Assembly: GCA_013265495.1 (NCBI GenBank)
Contig: MU057744.1
Span: forward strand, 310,001 to 374,000
DNA: 64,000 nt
DNA from: Vicugna vicugna
Lineage: Eukaryota
Direction of reading: 5' to 3'
How positions within the stretch are numbered: the first letter of the stretch is position 1; every line of letters begins with the position of its first letter. Position numbers and translations under genes: made by a program. The notes under the pieces were generated by a model. It searched no databases. It was not told the DNA's origin and worked only from the letters and a program-made list of their open reading frames with translations. Positions 27,549 through 39,416 of the stretch are shown here, one piece after another.

Positions 27549-28279
27549 CATTAGAGTTCATGCTTGGTGGTGTGTGTCCTACAGATTTGGGCAAATTTAT
27601 AATGACATGTATCATACAGAGTAAGTTCACCACGCTAAAAATGCTCTGTGTTCCACCTATTCATCTCTCCTTCCCCTCCAACCATTTTAACATTTAAAAA
27701 TATTCAAGTGTGGTAGAATATACATAATGTAAAGTATACCGTCTTAACCATTTTTAATTACATGGTTAAATAGTGACTACGTACCTCAGACAGGTAGAAT
27801 CCGGTAGCGTTTGTACTTTTGGGATGCCGTATTTCACTTAGCAACGTGTCTTCAAGGTTCACCCATGCGGCCTGTGTCAGAGGTCCATTCCTTTTCATGG
27901 CTGAATGCTGCTCCATCCTATGTATATCACACTTTGTTTATTCATCAGTTGATGGACATTTGGGTTATTTCTACCCTTGGCTATCGTGAATAATGCTTCA
28001 CTGAACATTGGCATACAAGTACCTGTTTGGGTCCCTTTTTCAGTGCTTTTGTTTGTATACCTACATGTAGAATTGTTGAGTCATATAGTAATTCTATGTT
28101 TAGCTTTTTGTTTTAGTTTTGGGACTGCCAAACTGTTTTCCACAGGGGCAACACCATGTTACATTCCCACCAGTGATATACGAGGGTTCCATTTTCTCCA
28201 CACTCTCACCAACACTTGTTACTGTCCATTGTTTTGATCATTGCCATCCTATTAAGTGTGAAGTTGTATCTCATTTTGG

Positions 28280-28385
28280 TTTCTTTTTTCTTATCTTTTT
28301 TTTTTTTATGGAGGTACTGGGGATTGATCCCTGGACCTTGTGCATGCTTAGCACGTGCTCTACCACTGAGCTATATCCTCCCCCT
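28280..28385 (-). mobile_element. Vic-1-like SINE
   Basis: atggaggtactggggattgatccctggaccttgtgcatgcttagc...gagctatatcctccccc. Confidence 0.85.
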
Positions 28386-28529
28386 CATGGTGATTTTGAT
28401 TTGTATTTCCCTGATTATTAGTGATGTTGAGTATCTTTTCAGTTGCTTACTACACCATTTGTACATCTTTGGAGAAATGTCTGCATAATCCTGTGTTCAT
28501 TTTTCAGTTGGATCGTCTTTTTGTGTTGA

Positions 28530-31500
28530 TATATTTTTATTGAAGTATGGTCAGTTTACAATGTTGTGTCAGTTTCTCATGTATAGCGTAATGCTTCAGT
28601 CATACATGAACATATATATATTCATTTTCATATTTTTCACAAGTTACTACAAGATACTGAATATAGTTCTCTGTGCTGTACAGTATAAACTTGTTGTTTA
28701 TATATGGTAGTTAATATCTGCAAATCTCAAACTCCCAATTTATCCCTTCCCTTCCTCTTCCTGCCTTGGTAACCATAAGTTTGTTTTCTGTGTCTGTGAA
28801 TCTGTTTCTGTTTTGTAAGTTCATTTGGCTTTTTTTTAGATTCCACATGTGAGTATTTTTCTTTCTCTTTCTGGCTTACTTCACTTAGAATGACATTCTC
28901 CAGGTCCATCCATGTTGCTGCAAGTGGCATTATGCTGTTCTTTTTAATGGCAGAGTAGTATTCCATTGTATAAATATACCACAACTTCTTTGTTCAGTCA
29001 TCTGTTGATGGACATTTAGGTTGCTTCTATGTCTCGACTATTGTATATAATGCTACTATGAACATTGAGGTACATGTATCTTTTCACATTAGAGTTCCCT
29101 TTGGATATATATCCAGAAGTGGGATTGCTGGATCATATGGAAGGTCTATTTTTAGTTTTTTGAGGACTCTCCATACTGTTTTGCATAATGACTGCACCAG
29201 TTTACATTCCCACCAGCGTTGTAGGAGGGTTCCCTTTTCTCCACAGCCTCTCCAGCATTTATTGTTTGTGGACTTTTGAATGATGACCATTCTGACTGGT
29301 GTGAGGTGATGTCTCATGGTAGTTTTGATTTGCATTTCTCTGATAATAATGATACTGAGCATTTTTTCACATGCCTATTGGCCATTTGTATGTCTTCACT
29401 GGAAAATTGCTTCTTTAGGTGTTCTGCCTGATTTTGGGTTGGGTTATTTGTTTTTTTCTTATTAAATTGTATGAGCTGTTTATATATTCTGGAAATTAAG
29501 CCCTTGTTAGTCTGATCTTTTGCAAATATTTTCTCCTATTCGATAGATTGTCTTTTTGTTTTGCTTATGGTTTCTTTTTGCTGTGCAAAAGCTTATAAGT
29601 TTAATTGGGTCCCATTTGTTTATTTTTGCTTTTATTTCTGTTGCCTGGGTAGCCTGCCCTAGGAGAACATTGCTAAGATTTATGTCAGATAATGTTTTGC
29701 CTATGTTTTCTTTAAGCGGTTTATACTGTCTTGTCTTATAAGTCTTTAAGCCATTTTGAATTTATTTTTGTGTTTGGTGTGAGGGGGTATTCCAACTTCA
29801 TTGATTTACATGCAGCTGTCCCGTTTTCCCAACACCATTTGCTGAAGAGACTCTTTTTACTCCATTGTATGTTCTTGCCTTTTTTGTCAAATATTAATTG
29901 ACCAAAAGTTTGTGGGTTCATTTCTGGGCTCTCTGTTTTGTTCCATTGATCCATATGTTTGTTTTTGTACCAGTACCATGCTGTTTTGATTACTGTAGCT
30001 CTGTAGTATTGTCTGAAGTCAGGGAGGGTTATTCCTCCAGCTTCATTCTTTTTCTTCAGTAATGCTTTGGCAATTCTTGGTCTTTTGTGATTCCATATAA
30101 AATTTGAGATTATTCTAGTTTTGTGAAAAATGTCCTGGGTTATTTGGTAGGGATCACATGAAATGTGTAGATTGCTTTTGGTAATATGGCCATTTTAACA
30201 GTATTAATTCTTCCAATCCAAGAACATGGGATATCTTTCAATTTCTTTAAGTCATCTTTAAATTCCCTAATCAATATTTTGTAGTTCTCCACATATAAGT
30301 CTTTCCCTTCCTTGATCAGATTTATTCCTAAGTATTTTATTTTTTTGGATGCAGTTTTAAAAGGCATTGTTTCTTTTTTTTTTCTCCAAGTGTTTTTTCA
30401 GCTTTATTGAGATATAATTGATGTATAACGTGGTGTACAACATGATGATTTGACATACATATGACATACGTATATATTATGAATTCATTACCACAATAAA
30501 ATTAGTTAACAGATTCATTGCCACACACAGGTACAATTTGGTGTGTAGTGAGAACTTTTAAGATTTACTCCCTTAGCAACTTTCAAGTATATAATACAGT
30601 GTTGTTAACTATAGTCATCATGCTATACGTTACATTCCCAGAATTGATTCATCTTATAACCTGAAGTTTGGGGATTGTTTCTGTCCTTTTCTAATATTTC
30701 ATTGTTAGTGTAAAGAAATGCCATTGATTTCTATATGTTAATCTTGTATCCTGCTACCTTGCTGAATTCTTTTATTAGCTCTAGTAGTTTTTGTGTGGAG
30801 CCTTTAGGGTTTTCTGTATATAGTATCATGTCATCTGCATATGATGACAATTTTACCTCTTCTTTTCCAGTCTGGACCCCTTTTATTTCTTTATCTTGTC
30901 TAATTGTTATGGTTAAGACTTCCAATAGTCTATTGAAATAGAAGTGGTGAGAGTGAGCATCCTTGTCTTGTTTCAGATTTTAGTGGGAAGGTTTTCAGCT
31001 TTTCACTGTTGAGTATTATGTGGCTGTAGGTTTGTCATAAATAGCTTTTATTTTGTTGATATGTTCCCTGTATACACACTTTGATTAGAGTTTTTATCAT
31101 AAATGGGTGTTGAATTTTATCACATGCTTTTTCTGCATCTATTGAGATGGTCATGTGATTTTTGTCCTTTTGTTGATGTGATGTATCACATTAATTGATT
31201 TGCATATGTTGAACCATCCTTGTGTCCCTAGAATGAACCCAACTTGATCATGGTGTATGGTCTTTTTTCTGTGTTGTTGGGTTCTGTTTGCTAATAGTTT
31301 GAGGATTTTTGCATCTATGTTCATCAGCGATATTGGCCTATGACTTTCATTTTTGGTAGTGTCTTTGTCTGGCTTTGGTGTCAGGGTGATGGTTGCTTCA
31401 TAGAATGAGTTTGGGAATATTCCATCCTCTTCTGTCTTTTGAAGGAGTTTGAGAAGAATTGGTATGAGCTCTTCTTTGTCTGTTTGGTAGAATTCCCCAG

Positions 31501-34500
31501 TGAAGCCATTGGGTCCTGGACTTTTGTTTTCAGGGAGGTTTTCTATTGCTGCTTCTATTTCGCTTCTAGTGATTGGTCTGTTCAAATGATCTTTTTTTTT
31601 GTTTGTTTTTTTGATTCAGTTTTGGTGGACTATATGTTTCCAGAAACATGTCCATTTCTTCTAAGTCATCCAATTTATGCCATATAATTGTTTATAGTAT
31701 TCTCTTATGATAGTTTTGTATTTCTGTGATGTTGGTTGTAATCTCTCCATTTTCATTTCTTACTTCGTCTATTTGTGTCTTCTCTTTTCTTGGTGAGCCT
31801 GGCTAGAGGTTTGTCAATTTTGTTTACTCTTTCAGAAAACCAGCTCTTGGTTTGATTGATTTTTTCTATTTTTTTATCTCTATTTTATTTGTTGCCTCCC
31901 TGATCTTTATTACTTCTTTCCTTCTGCTGACTTTAGGTTTTGCTTGTTATTCTTTTAAAAATTCTTTTAGGTGGTTGTTTATATTTGAGATTGTTCTTTT
32001 TTGAGGAAGGCCTGTATCACTATGAACTTCCCTCTTAGGACTGCTTTTGCTGCATCCCATAGATTTTGTGTGGTTGTATTTTCATTGTCGTTTGTCTCAA
32101 GGTATTTTTTAATTTCTTTGATTTCATTGTTGACCCAGTGGTTTTTGAGGCTCATGTTGTTTAGTCTCCATGCTGTCATTTTTTTCTAATTTGTTTTACT
32201 GTGGCTGATGTCTAATTTCATGCCATTGTGGTCAGAGAAGATGCTTGAAATAATTTCATTCCTCTTAAATTTTTTGAAGCTTCTTTTGTGCCTGAGTATG
32301 TGGTCTATCCTAGAGAATGTTTCATGAGCACTTGAAGAGAATGTATATTCTGTTTTTGGGGGATGTAAGGTCCTAAAAATATCAGTGAAGTCCAATTTTC
32401 TATTGTGTCATTTAGTATCTCTGTTGCCTTACTGATTTTCTGTCTGGAAGATCTGTCCAACAATGTTAATGGTGTGGTAAAAAGTCTCCTACTGTTTCTG
32501 TATTCCCATCAATTTCTCCCTCTGTGTCTGTTAGTATTTGTTTTATATACTCAGGTGCTCCTATATTGGGTACATATATTAACAAGTGTAATATCTTCAT
32601 CTTGTATTGCTCCTTTGGTCATTATATAATGTCCTTTATCTTTCTTTATGGCCTTTGTTTTAAAGTCTATTTTGTCTGTTATGAATATTGCTACTCCCAC
32701 TTTCTTGTCATTCCCATTTGCATGAAATATCGTTCTCCATACTCTCACTTTCAGTCTATGTGTCCTTCACTCTAAAGTGAGTCTCTGGTAGGCAGCATAT
32801 TGTAGGCTTTTGGATTATTATCCAGTCCACCACTCTGTGTCTTTTGGTTGGAGCATTTAGTCCATTTACATTTATAGTAATTATTGATGTGTGTTTATTG
32901 CCATTTTGAACCTAGTTTTCCAGTTGATTTGGTATTACTTATTAGTTCCTTTCTTTTCCTTTTTCTTTTTGTGGTTTGATCGTTTTCTTTTGTATTAGCT
33001 TGGTTTCTTTTTGTTTTTTTGTGACTCTATTGTATGCTTTTGATTTGTGGTTACCCTGTTTTTCAAATATATTAGCCCCTTACTATATCTGTTTACTTTA
33101 GACTGGTAGTTATGTAGGCGCAAACACATCCTAAAAAGAACGAAGGGAAAAAAAAGAGAAGTATATTTTCTTGCTCCCTTGCTCCCCTCTCCCACCTTTT
33201 ATGATTTTGATATTCTTTAATTGTATTCATTTATTTATTTACATCTTCATGTTTATTCTCTTGCAACTCATAGTAGTTATTGCATTTCCAATTATGGTTT
33301 TTCTCATTTTTATAGCTTCCTGCTTCTTTTCTGTTTAGACCTTTCAATATTCCTTTTAGGATAGGCTTAGTATTGCTGAATTCTTTTAGTTTTTGCTTGT
33401 CTATGAAAGTCTTTATCTCTCCTTCTACTCTAAAGGATAGTCTTGGTGGATAGAGTATCCTAGGTTGCAGCTTTTTCTCATTCAGGACTTTGAATATATC
33501 TTGCCACGCCCTTCTGGCCAGCAGTGTTTGTGTAGAGAAATCAGCTGAAAGCCTAGTGGAGGTTCCTTTGTAACTGAGTCTTTGTTTTTCTCTTGCTGCC
33601 TTTAGAATCCTTTCTTTAACTTTGACCATCTTAATTATAATATGTCTTGGTATAGGTCTGTTTGGGTTCATCTTGTTTGGGATCCTCTGTGCTTCCTGTA
33701 CTTGGATATCTGATTCCTTGGGAAGTTTTCAGTCATGTTTTCTTCAGATACCTTTCAATTACCCTTTCTTCTCCTTCTGGGACCCCTATTATGCATAGGT
33801 ACCATCTTAATTATAATATGTCTTGGTATAGGTCTGTTTGGGTTCTTCTTGTTTGGGACCCTCTGTGCCTCCTGTACTTGGATATCGGTTTCCCTTCTGA
33901 GATTTGGAAAATTTTCAGTCATGATTTCTTCAAAAACCTTTTCAATACCTTTTTCTCTTTCTTCTCTGTCTGGTATCCCTATTATACTTATGTTGGCACA
34001 CTTTATATTATCCCATAGGTCCCTTATATTGTTTTCATTGGTTTTTACTTGCTTTTCTGTCTGCTATTCTGATTCGGTGACTTCTGTTATCCTGTCTTCT
34101 AAGTCAGTTATTTGTTCTTCTGCATTATCTAGTCTGCTTTTGTCTGCCTTTAGCTTGGCTCTTATCTCAGCAATTGAGTTTTCTGTTTTTAATTGGCTGT
34201 TTATAGTTTCAATTTCCTTTTTAAAGTATTCTGTCTCAATTCATAGTCTCTTATTTCCTTCAGTGCATTGATCATTCCCTTTTTGAAGCCATGATCTAGT
34301 AGACTGTTGAGATCTATCACTGAGATCAGGGGAGTTCTCTTTTTCTTTTAATTGGGAGTGGTTTCTCTGCTTCTTCATTTTGCTTATATTTCTCTGGCTC
34401 TGTGGATCTAGGAGTGTCAGTTATTTACTGTGGTCTTGAAGGGCTGTTTTATTTTTTTACTTGTTTGTTTTTATTTAAGGTGGGAGTGTTCCTGTGTGGT

Positions 34501-35932
34501 GGATGGTGTCCATCTAATAGTTTTGTTGCAATGGCTGTTCTTCGTATGGACAGTTGCCACATCTTTCTTCTGTGAGTGTTGACTGTTATCCCTTAGGTTG
34601 GGGGTGTGGTTGGTGTTGTGATCAGAGGCTGCCCTGATTGTTGTTGAGCATGGCCTCCATTTTTGTTCTGTAGTTGTCACAGCCTTGCCAGGGCCTGGTC
34701 TGCTCCCTTGTTGCAGGAATATAAGCTTCTAGACCTGTTTCTCAGCTGTGGTGTGGGATAGGCAGGTCTGGAGTGCTTCAGCTGGGAAGAAGAGTAGGCA
34801 GGAGGTGTCCACAGGGAAGTGCCCTCTGTGGTTCTGTCTGTCACTTGTTACGTGGGCTTATAAAGCACTCTTTGTTGACACTGCCCTTGCCCCTGCCTTA
34901 GCTGTGGGTATGTCAGCCACCTGCTGTGATGCCCCCTTAGTTCTGAACCCCAGGAACCACCAGTGCATATCCGCCAACGTCAAGTGCTAAGACCCACTGT
35001 AGTGAGCATCCAGTCACTTACCTGAATCCGCGGTGCACCGCAGGGCCAGTGCAGACCCCAGCCCCGCCTCCACATATGGTATAGAAGGCTGCCTATTGTA
35101 AATACCTGTACTTGCCCCGAATCAGAACTCTGCTCACTGCCTGTCCCTCCCAGAGGCTCAGGTCCACAAAGGGTCCAGAGACAGTATATCTGCCCCCTCT
35201 GCCTGGGGCTGTAAACAGATCCTGTGAAGTTGCAGGGCCACTGGGTAGGATTCAGCTTTCAGCCCCACCTCCACGCAGCAGGGATGGCTATGACCAAGCC
35301 CCACCTCTCTTCTCATGAGAACACACCAGCAGTGGAGCCGAGTGGAGACAGGCTACGGCTCGGCTGTGTTGTGGCCCTCCCCACCATTCATACCAGCAGT
35401 GGTGCTTTTTTATGGGGGTCCCATGCTGTTCTGTTCTGCACACATCCCCAGCCAGAGCTCACATCGCCCTCCAGTCCCCTGAGGCTACCTCCATGCCGTT
35501 GGCCCCAGGCTCCTCACCGACCTCCAGCAGCCCCTCTCGGCTCACATCTAGGGCCACAGATCCACGGACCCTCTGTGTCAGTTTCCCTTAGTTCTGTCTG
35601 TCAAGCAGCTGCCACTTTCTCATCCAAGCCTTGGAAGCTCCACTTCTGCCCCGCTGACCTCCCCGCTAGAGAGGGGGTGGCCCAGTGTGAGGGTGCCTTC
35701 CTTCCTATGCTGCTCCCTCACTGCAGGACCAGTCCTGCACCAATTTTTTCTTTTTTCTTTGTTTTCTTACTGGATCTTGTGAGAATCCTGTATTTCGAAG
35801 CGAGAGATACTCGGCCAGAGTTCAGTAGGTGTTCTGTGTGATTCAGTGGGTTTGTAGATGTTATTCTTGGTGTATTTGTGGGAGAGGGTGAGCTGTGAGT
35901 CTCTCCACTCTGCCATCTTGGCTCAACACCTC
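28530..35932 (-). mobile_element. Near full-length, degraded LINE-1 (cetartiodactyl/camelid lineage)
   Basis: ORF2 fragments (endonuclease ...IFHANGNDKKVGVAI, RT ...YADDMILY, C-terminal [14 protein letters not shown]) and ORF1 fragment (PRHIIIKM...KERILKAAREK). 5' end has YY1 motif CAAGATGGC (35912-35920). 17-bp TSD tc(g/a)tctttttgtgttga at 28513-28529 / 35933-35949. Many stops and frameshifts. Confidence 0.96.
30375..30670 (-). mobile_element. L1MA-type 3' end fragment inserted inside ORF2 of the large L1
   Basis: T-tract, then tttattgagatataattg...; TSD gg(c/g)attgtttct at 30363-30374 / 30671-30682. Confidence 0.8.
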
Positions 35933-37831
35933 TCATCTTTTTGTGTTGAGTTTTGAGAATTTGTAAGTCCTTATGAGATTTGTGATTTGCAAATATTTTG
36001 TCCCATTCTGTAAGTTGTCTTTTCTCATTTTCATGTACAAAAGTGTCTAAATTTTATAAAGTCCAATATATCTGTTTCTCCTTTTGTCACTTGTGCTTTT
36101 GGTGCCGTATCTAAGAATCCATTGGCAAATCCTTGGTCATGAGAATTTACCTCCAAGTTTTCTTCTAAGAGTTTTAAGGTTTTAGCTCTCATATTTAGTT
36201 TGTAGATTTATGTTATTTTTTTTTATCTGTGATGTGAGGTAGATGTCCAAATTCATTCTTTTGTATGTGGATATCTAGTTGTGTCCACACCATTAGTTGA
36301 AGAGACTGTCCCTTCCCCATCGAGTGGACTTGGCACTCTTGTCAAAAATCAGCTGACTATGTGTGGGTTTATTTCTGGACTCTCAGCTCTGTTCCTTTGG
36401 TCTAATCCTTCCGCCAGCACCACACTTTTTTGATGACAGTAGCTTTGTAGCAAGTTTTGAAATTAGAAAGTGTGAGCCCTCTGACCATGTTCTTTTTCAA
36501 GATTGGTTTGGCTGTTCAGGGCCCTTTGCTTGCTTTTACTTTTTTGAAGGGTATCTTCACCAGTTATAGTGTTGCAGATTACCAGTGTGGTTTTTTTTTC
36601 CCTTCAATATTTGAATATATCATTTGTTTATCTTCTGGCTTTTACTATGTCTATGGAGAAGTCTGCTGTATCAGACTCTCCTTTGAGGGTAATCTGTTCC
36701 CTCTCCCTCATCCCCAGGGTTTTTTCCCTTTGTGGCAACTGCTGTGGGGTTTTGGTTGTTGCTTTTCTTTTGTCTTTTTTTCTTTCTTTTTTTTTCTTTT
36801 TGCATTTGTACTGTTTGTTCTTAGAGCTTCTTAAATTTGTGGTTTAATGGCTTTTGTTAGTTTTGTAATAATCTCCATCATTGTTACTTCAAAGATTTCT
36901 TCTTCCACAATCTCTTCTGCCCTCTTTTTGGGACTGCCGCTGTACGTACTGCAGGCCCTTTCGTTGTATTCCTTATGTCTCTTACATGCTACTCTGTTTT
37001 TCATCACTTGTTACTGTGCTTTGTTCTGTACATGCTTTTTTCTGATCTAACTTTTAAATTGTGTATAATCTATGATAAAACTCTATCCATTGGATTATAA
37101 TCTGAATTACTGAGTTTTTCAGTTCAGGATTTCCGTTTAGGGTTTTTAAAAAAGTTTGAAAATTTCCTGCTGCAGTTCTCACACACGTCTTTTAGTTTCC
37201 TAAAAATATTAACCACAGTTAAAACGCCGTCATGCAGGTGTCTGGTGGATCTATTTTTGTTGGCCGCTGTTCTTCTTGGTTTTCAGTCGTACAGTCTTGT
37301 CTTTCTCTGTGCGTGGCTGTGTGTGGTTGAGTGCCGGGTATTGATTATGAAGAATTACAGTTGCGCTTTGCGATGGCCCTATCTTCCTCCTGAGAGGGCA
37401 GAGGTAACTCTGGCAGGGGGAATTCCAGATCGCTGTAGACAAATCTGGGAATGAGATTACTGGGAGTAGGCCTTTGGTCCCTGCAAGGCCTAGTCTGTTT
37501 AGAGTTGGTTCCCTATTCCTCGTAGGATGAGGATGTGTAAAGCCCCTGTACAAAACCGAGAGGGTTGCCCGCAACCTTCCCCTTCCTGGGGAGGCTGTGC
37601 TGTTTAATACTGATCTCTTAGCCCCTCAAATTTGTCCAAAGCTCGTTCAGCTTTTTAGCATCTTCGCCTTTTCTACCAGAATCAGCAGATGCTTCATGGA
37701 GAAAAAGTTGCTCTAAATGCTTCGTTCAACTCTGAGCTCCCCTTCTGCGCTCAGATATTGGCCTTGTAATCCTTCACTGCCTTGGTAGCTCTCTGGTGTT
37801 TTCAGAGAAATATATTGTATGTATACATACT

Positions 37832-38585
37832 TTTAAATTGTGTTAAGTTATACATAACTTACGATTTAATCACTCTTAAGTGTGTAATTCAGTGATATTA
37901 AGAACAGTAACGTTGTTATGCAGTCGTCACCACCATCCATCTCCAGAGCTCTCTTCTTTTTGCAAAACTGAAACTTGATACTCATTAAACGCTAATTCCC
38001 CAGCCTCCCCTTCCCTCAGCTCCTGGCAACACCCTTCCACTTTCTGTCTCTGGATTTGAATACTCTAAGTATTTCCTGTAAGTGGAATCATGTATTGTTT
38101 GTTCCCCTGTGTCTGGCTTATTTCCCTTAGGGTAATATCTTCAAGGTTCATCCATGTTGTAGCAGGTGTCAGAATTTCATTCCTTTTAAAGACTGAATAA
38201 TAGTCCATTGTATGGAGATATACCACATTCTGTTTATCCATTGATCCATCAGTGGGCACTTTGTTCATCCATTCGTCCGTCCATCCACCTTTTGGCTGTT
38301 ATGAATAATGCTGCTACAAACCAGAGTATACTAACATCTGTTTGAGTCCCTGCTGTCAGTTCTTTGGTGTATATGCTCAGAAGTAAAATTTGTAAATCGT
38401 ATGGTAACTCTATGTTTAGCTTTTTGAGGCCCCACTGTACTGTTTTGCATAGCGGCTGCACCATCTAACATTCCCACCAGCAGTGCCTGACAGCTCTAGT
38501 TTCTCCACATACTTGCCAATGCTAGTTATTCTTTTGTTTTGTTTTGTTTTTTGACATCAGTCATCCTAATTGGTGTAAAGTGATT
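37832..38585 (-). mobile_element. L1MB-like 3' end
   Basis: ttgcaaaactgaaacttgatactcattaaac...aagtggaatcatgtattg...acattcccaccagcagtg. Confidence 0.8.
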
Positions 38586-39296
38586 TTTTAAAATAGTTTA
38601 TCTAGATTTTCTAGTTCTCAGCAGGAGGGTAGATCAGAAGTGAAAGTATTGGTCTTACTCTTGTACCCAGCACAGTGCTAGATACACAGTGGGTACTTAG
38701 TAAATGTGGGTGGAAGAGAGGAGAGAAGGTAAAGAGAATGCTCTGAGAACTGGAAGGTGGTTTGCAAATGTAAGACACGAGTTATAGATGGCGTGGTATG
38801 ATGTGTGAGTACTGGCCTCTGGAGTTAGAATGACCTGGCTTTGAAGATGTGTGACTCTGGCTGTTCTTTTATCTGTATTGAATAAGAATACTAATTGCAT
38901 ACAGAACTTTATTTTATGAACAGCAAATTGCTAGACTAGGACTCAAGAAAGTGTGTGTGTATCCAGGAGCTGTTAAAAAGAGGATAACAAGAATACCTCC
39001 CTTGTAGAGATGAAATTAATGTCTGTTTTAAGGATAACATGAAATTATGCAAAGAAAAGTTCCTGGCGTTCAGGAAGTGCTCAGTACATTTTAGCTGCTG
39101 CTGTTCCCTGCAGTTGTGTTATTGGTTGGCTTTTGGAACCAGACGTGCTGTTGCATTTGCTGATTGAAGTCCTGAGTCTCAAGTTAACTTGTTTTTCAGA
39201 GACATTTCTTCCCCGCCCCCACCGGTGTTGGTGTGATATAGTTTCCATGCCAACTGGATTTGCTTGTAGGAAAGTGGAGCATCGCCTGTGTCATAA

Positions 39297-39416
<120 letters not shown>

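Larger units (their letters stand above)
27700..36530 (-). mobile_element. Older L1 (L1MB-like) split by the large L1 (pieces ~27700-28512 and ~35950-36530)
   Basis: L1 3' antisense sequence resumes colinearly after the TSD (...gatttgcaaatattttgtcccattctg...). Confidence 0.75.

Noticed and set aside
28727..33671. Active reverse transcriptase or novel retro-system
   Set aside because: Ordinary L1 ORF1/ORF2 broken by many stops, frameshifts and an insertion.
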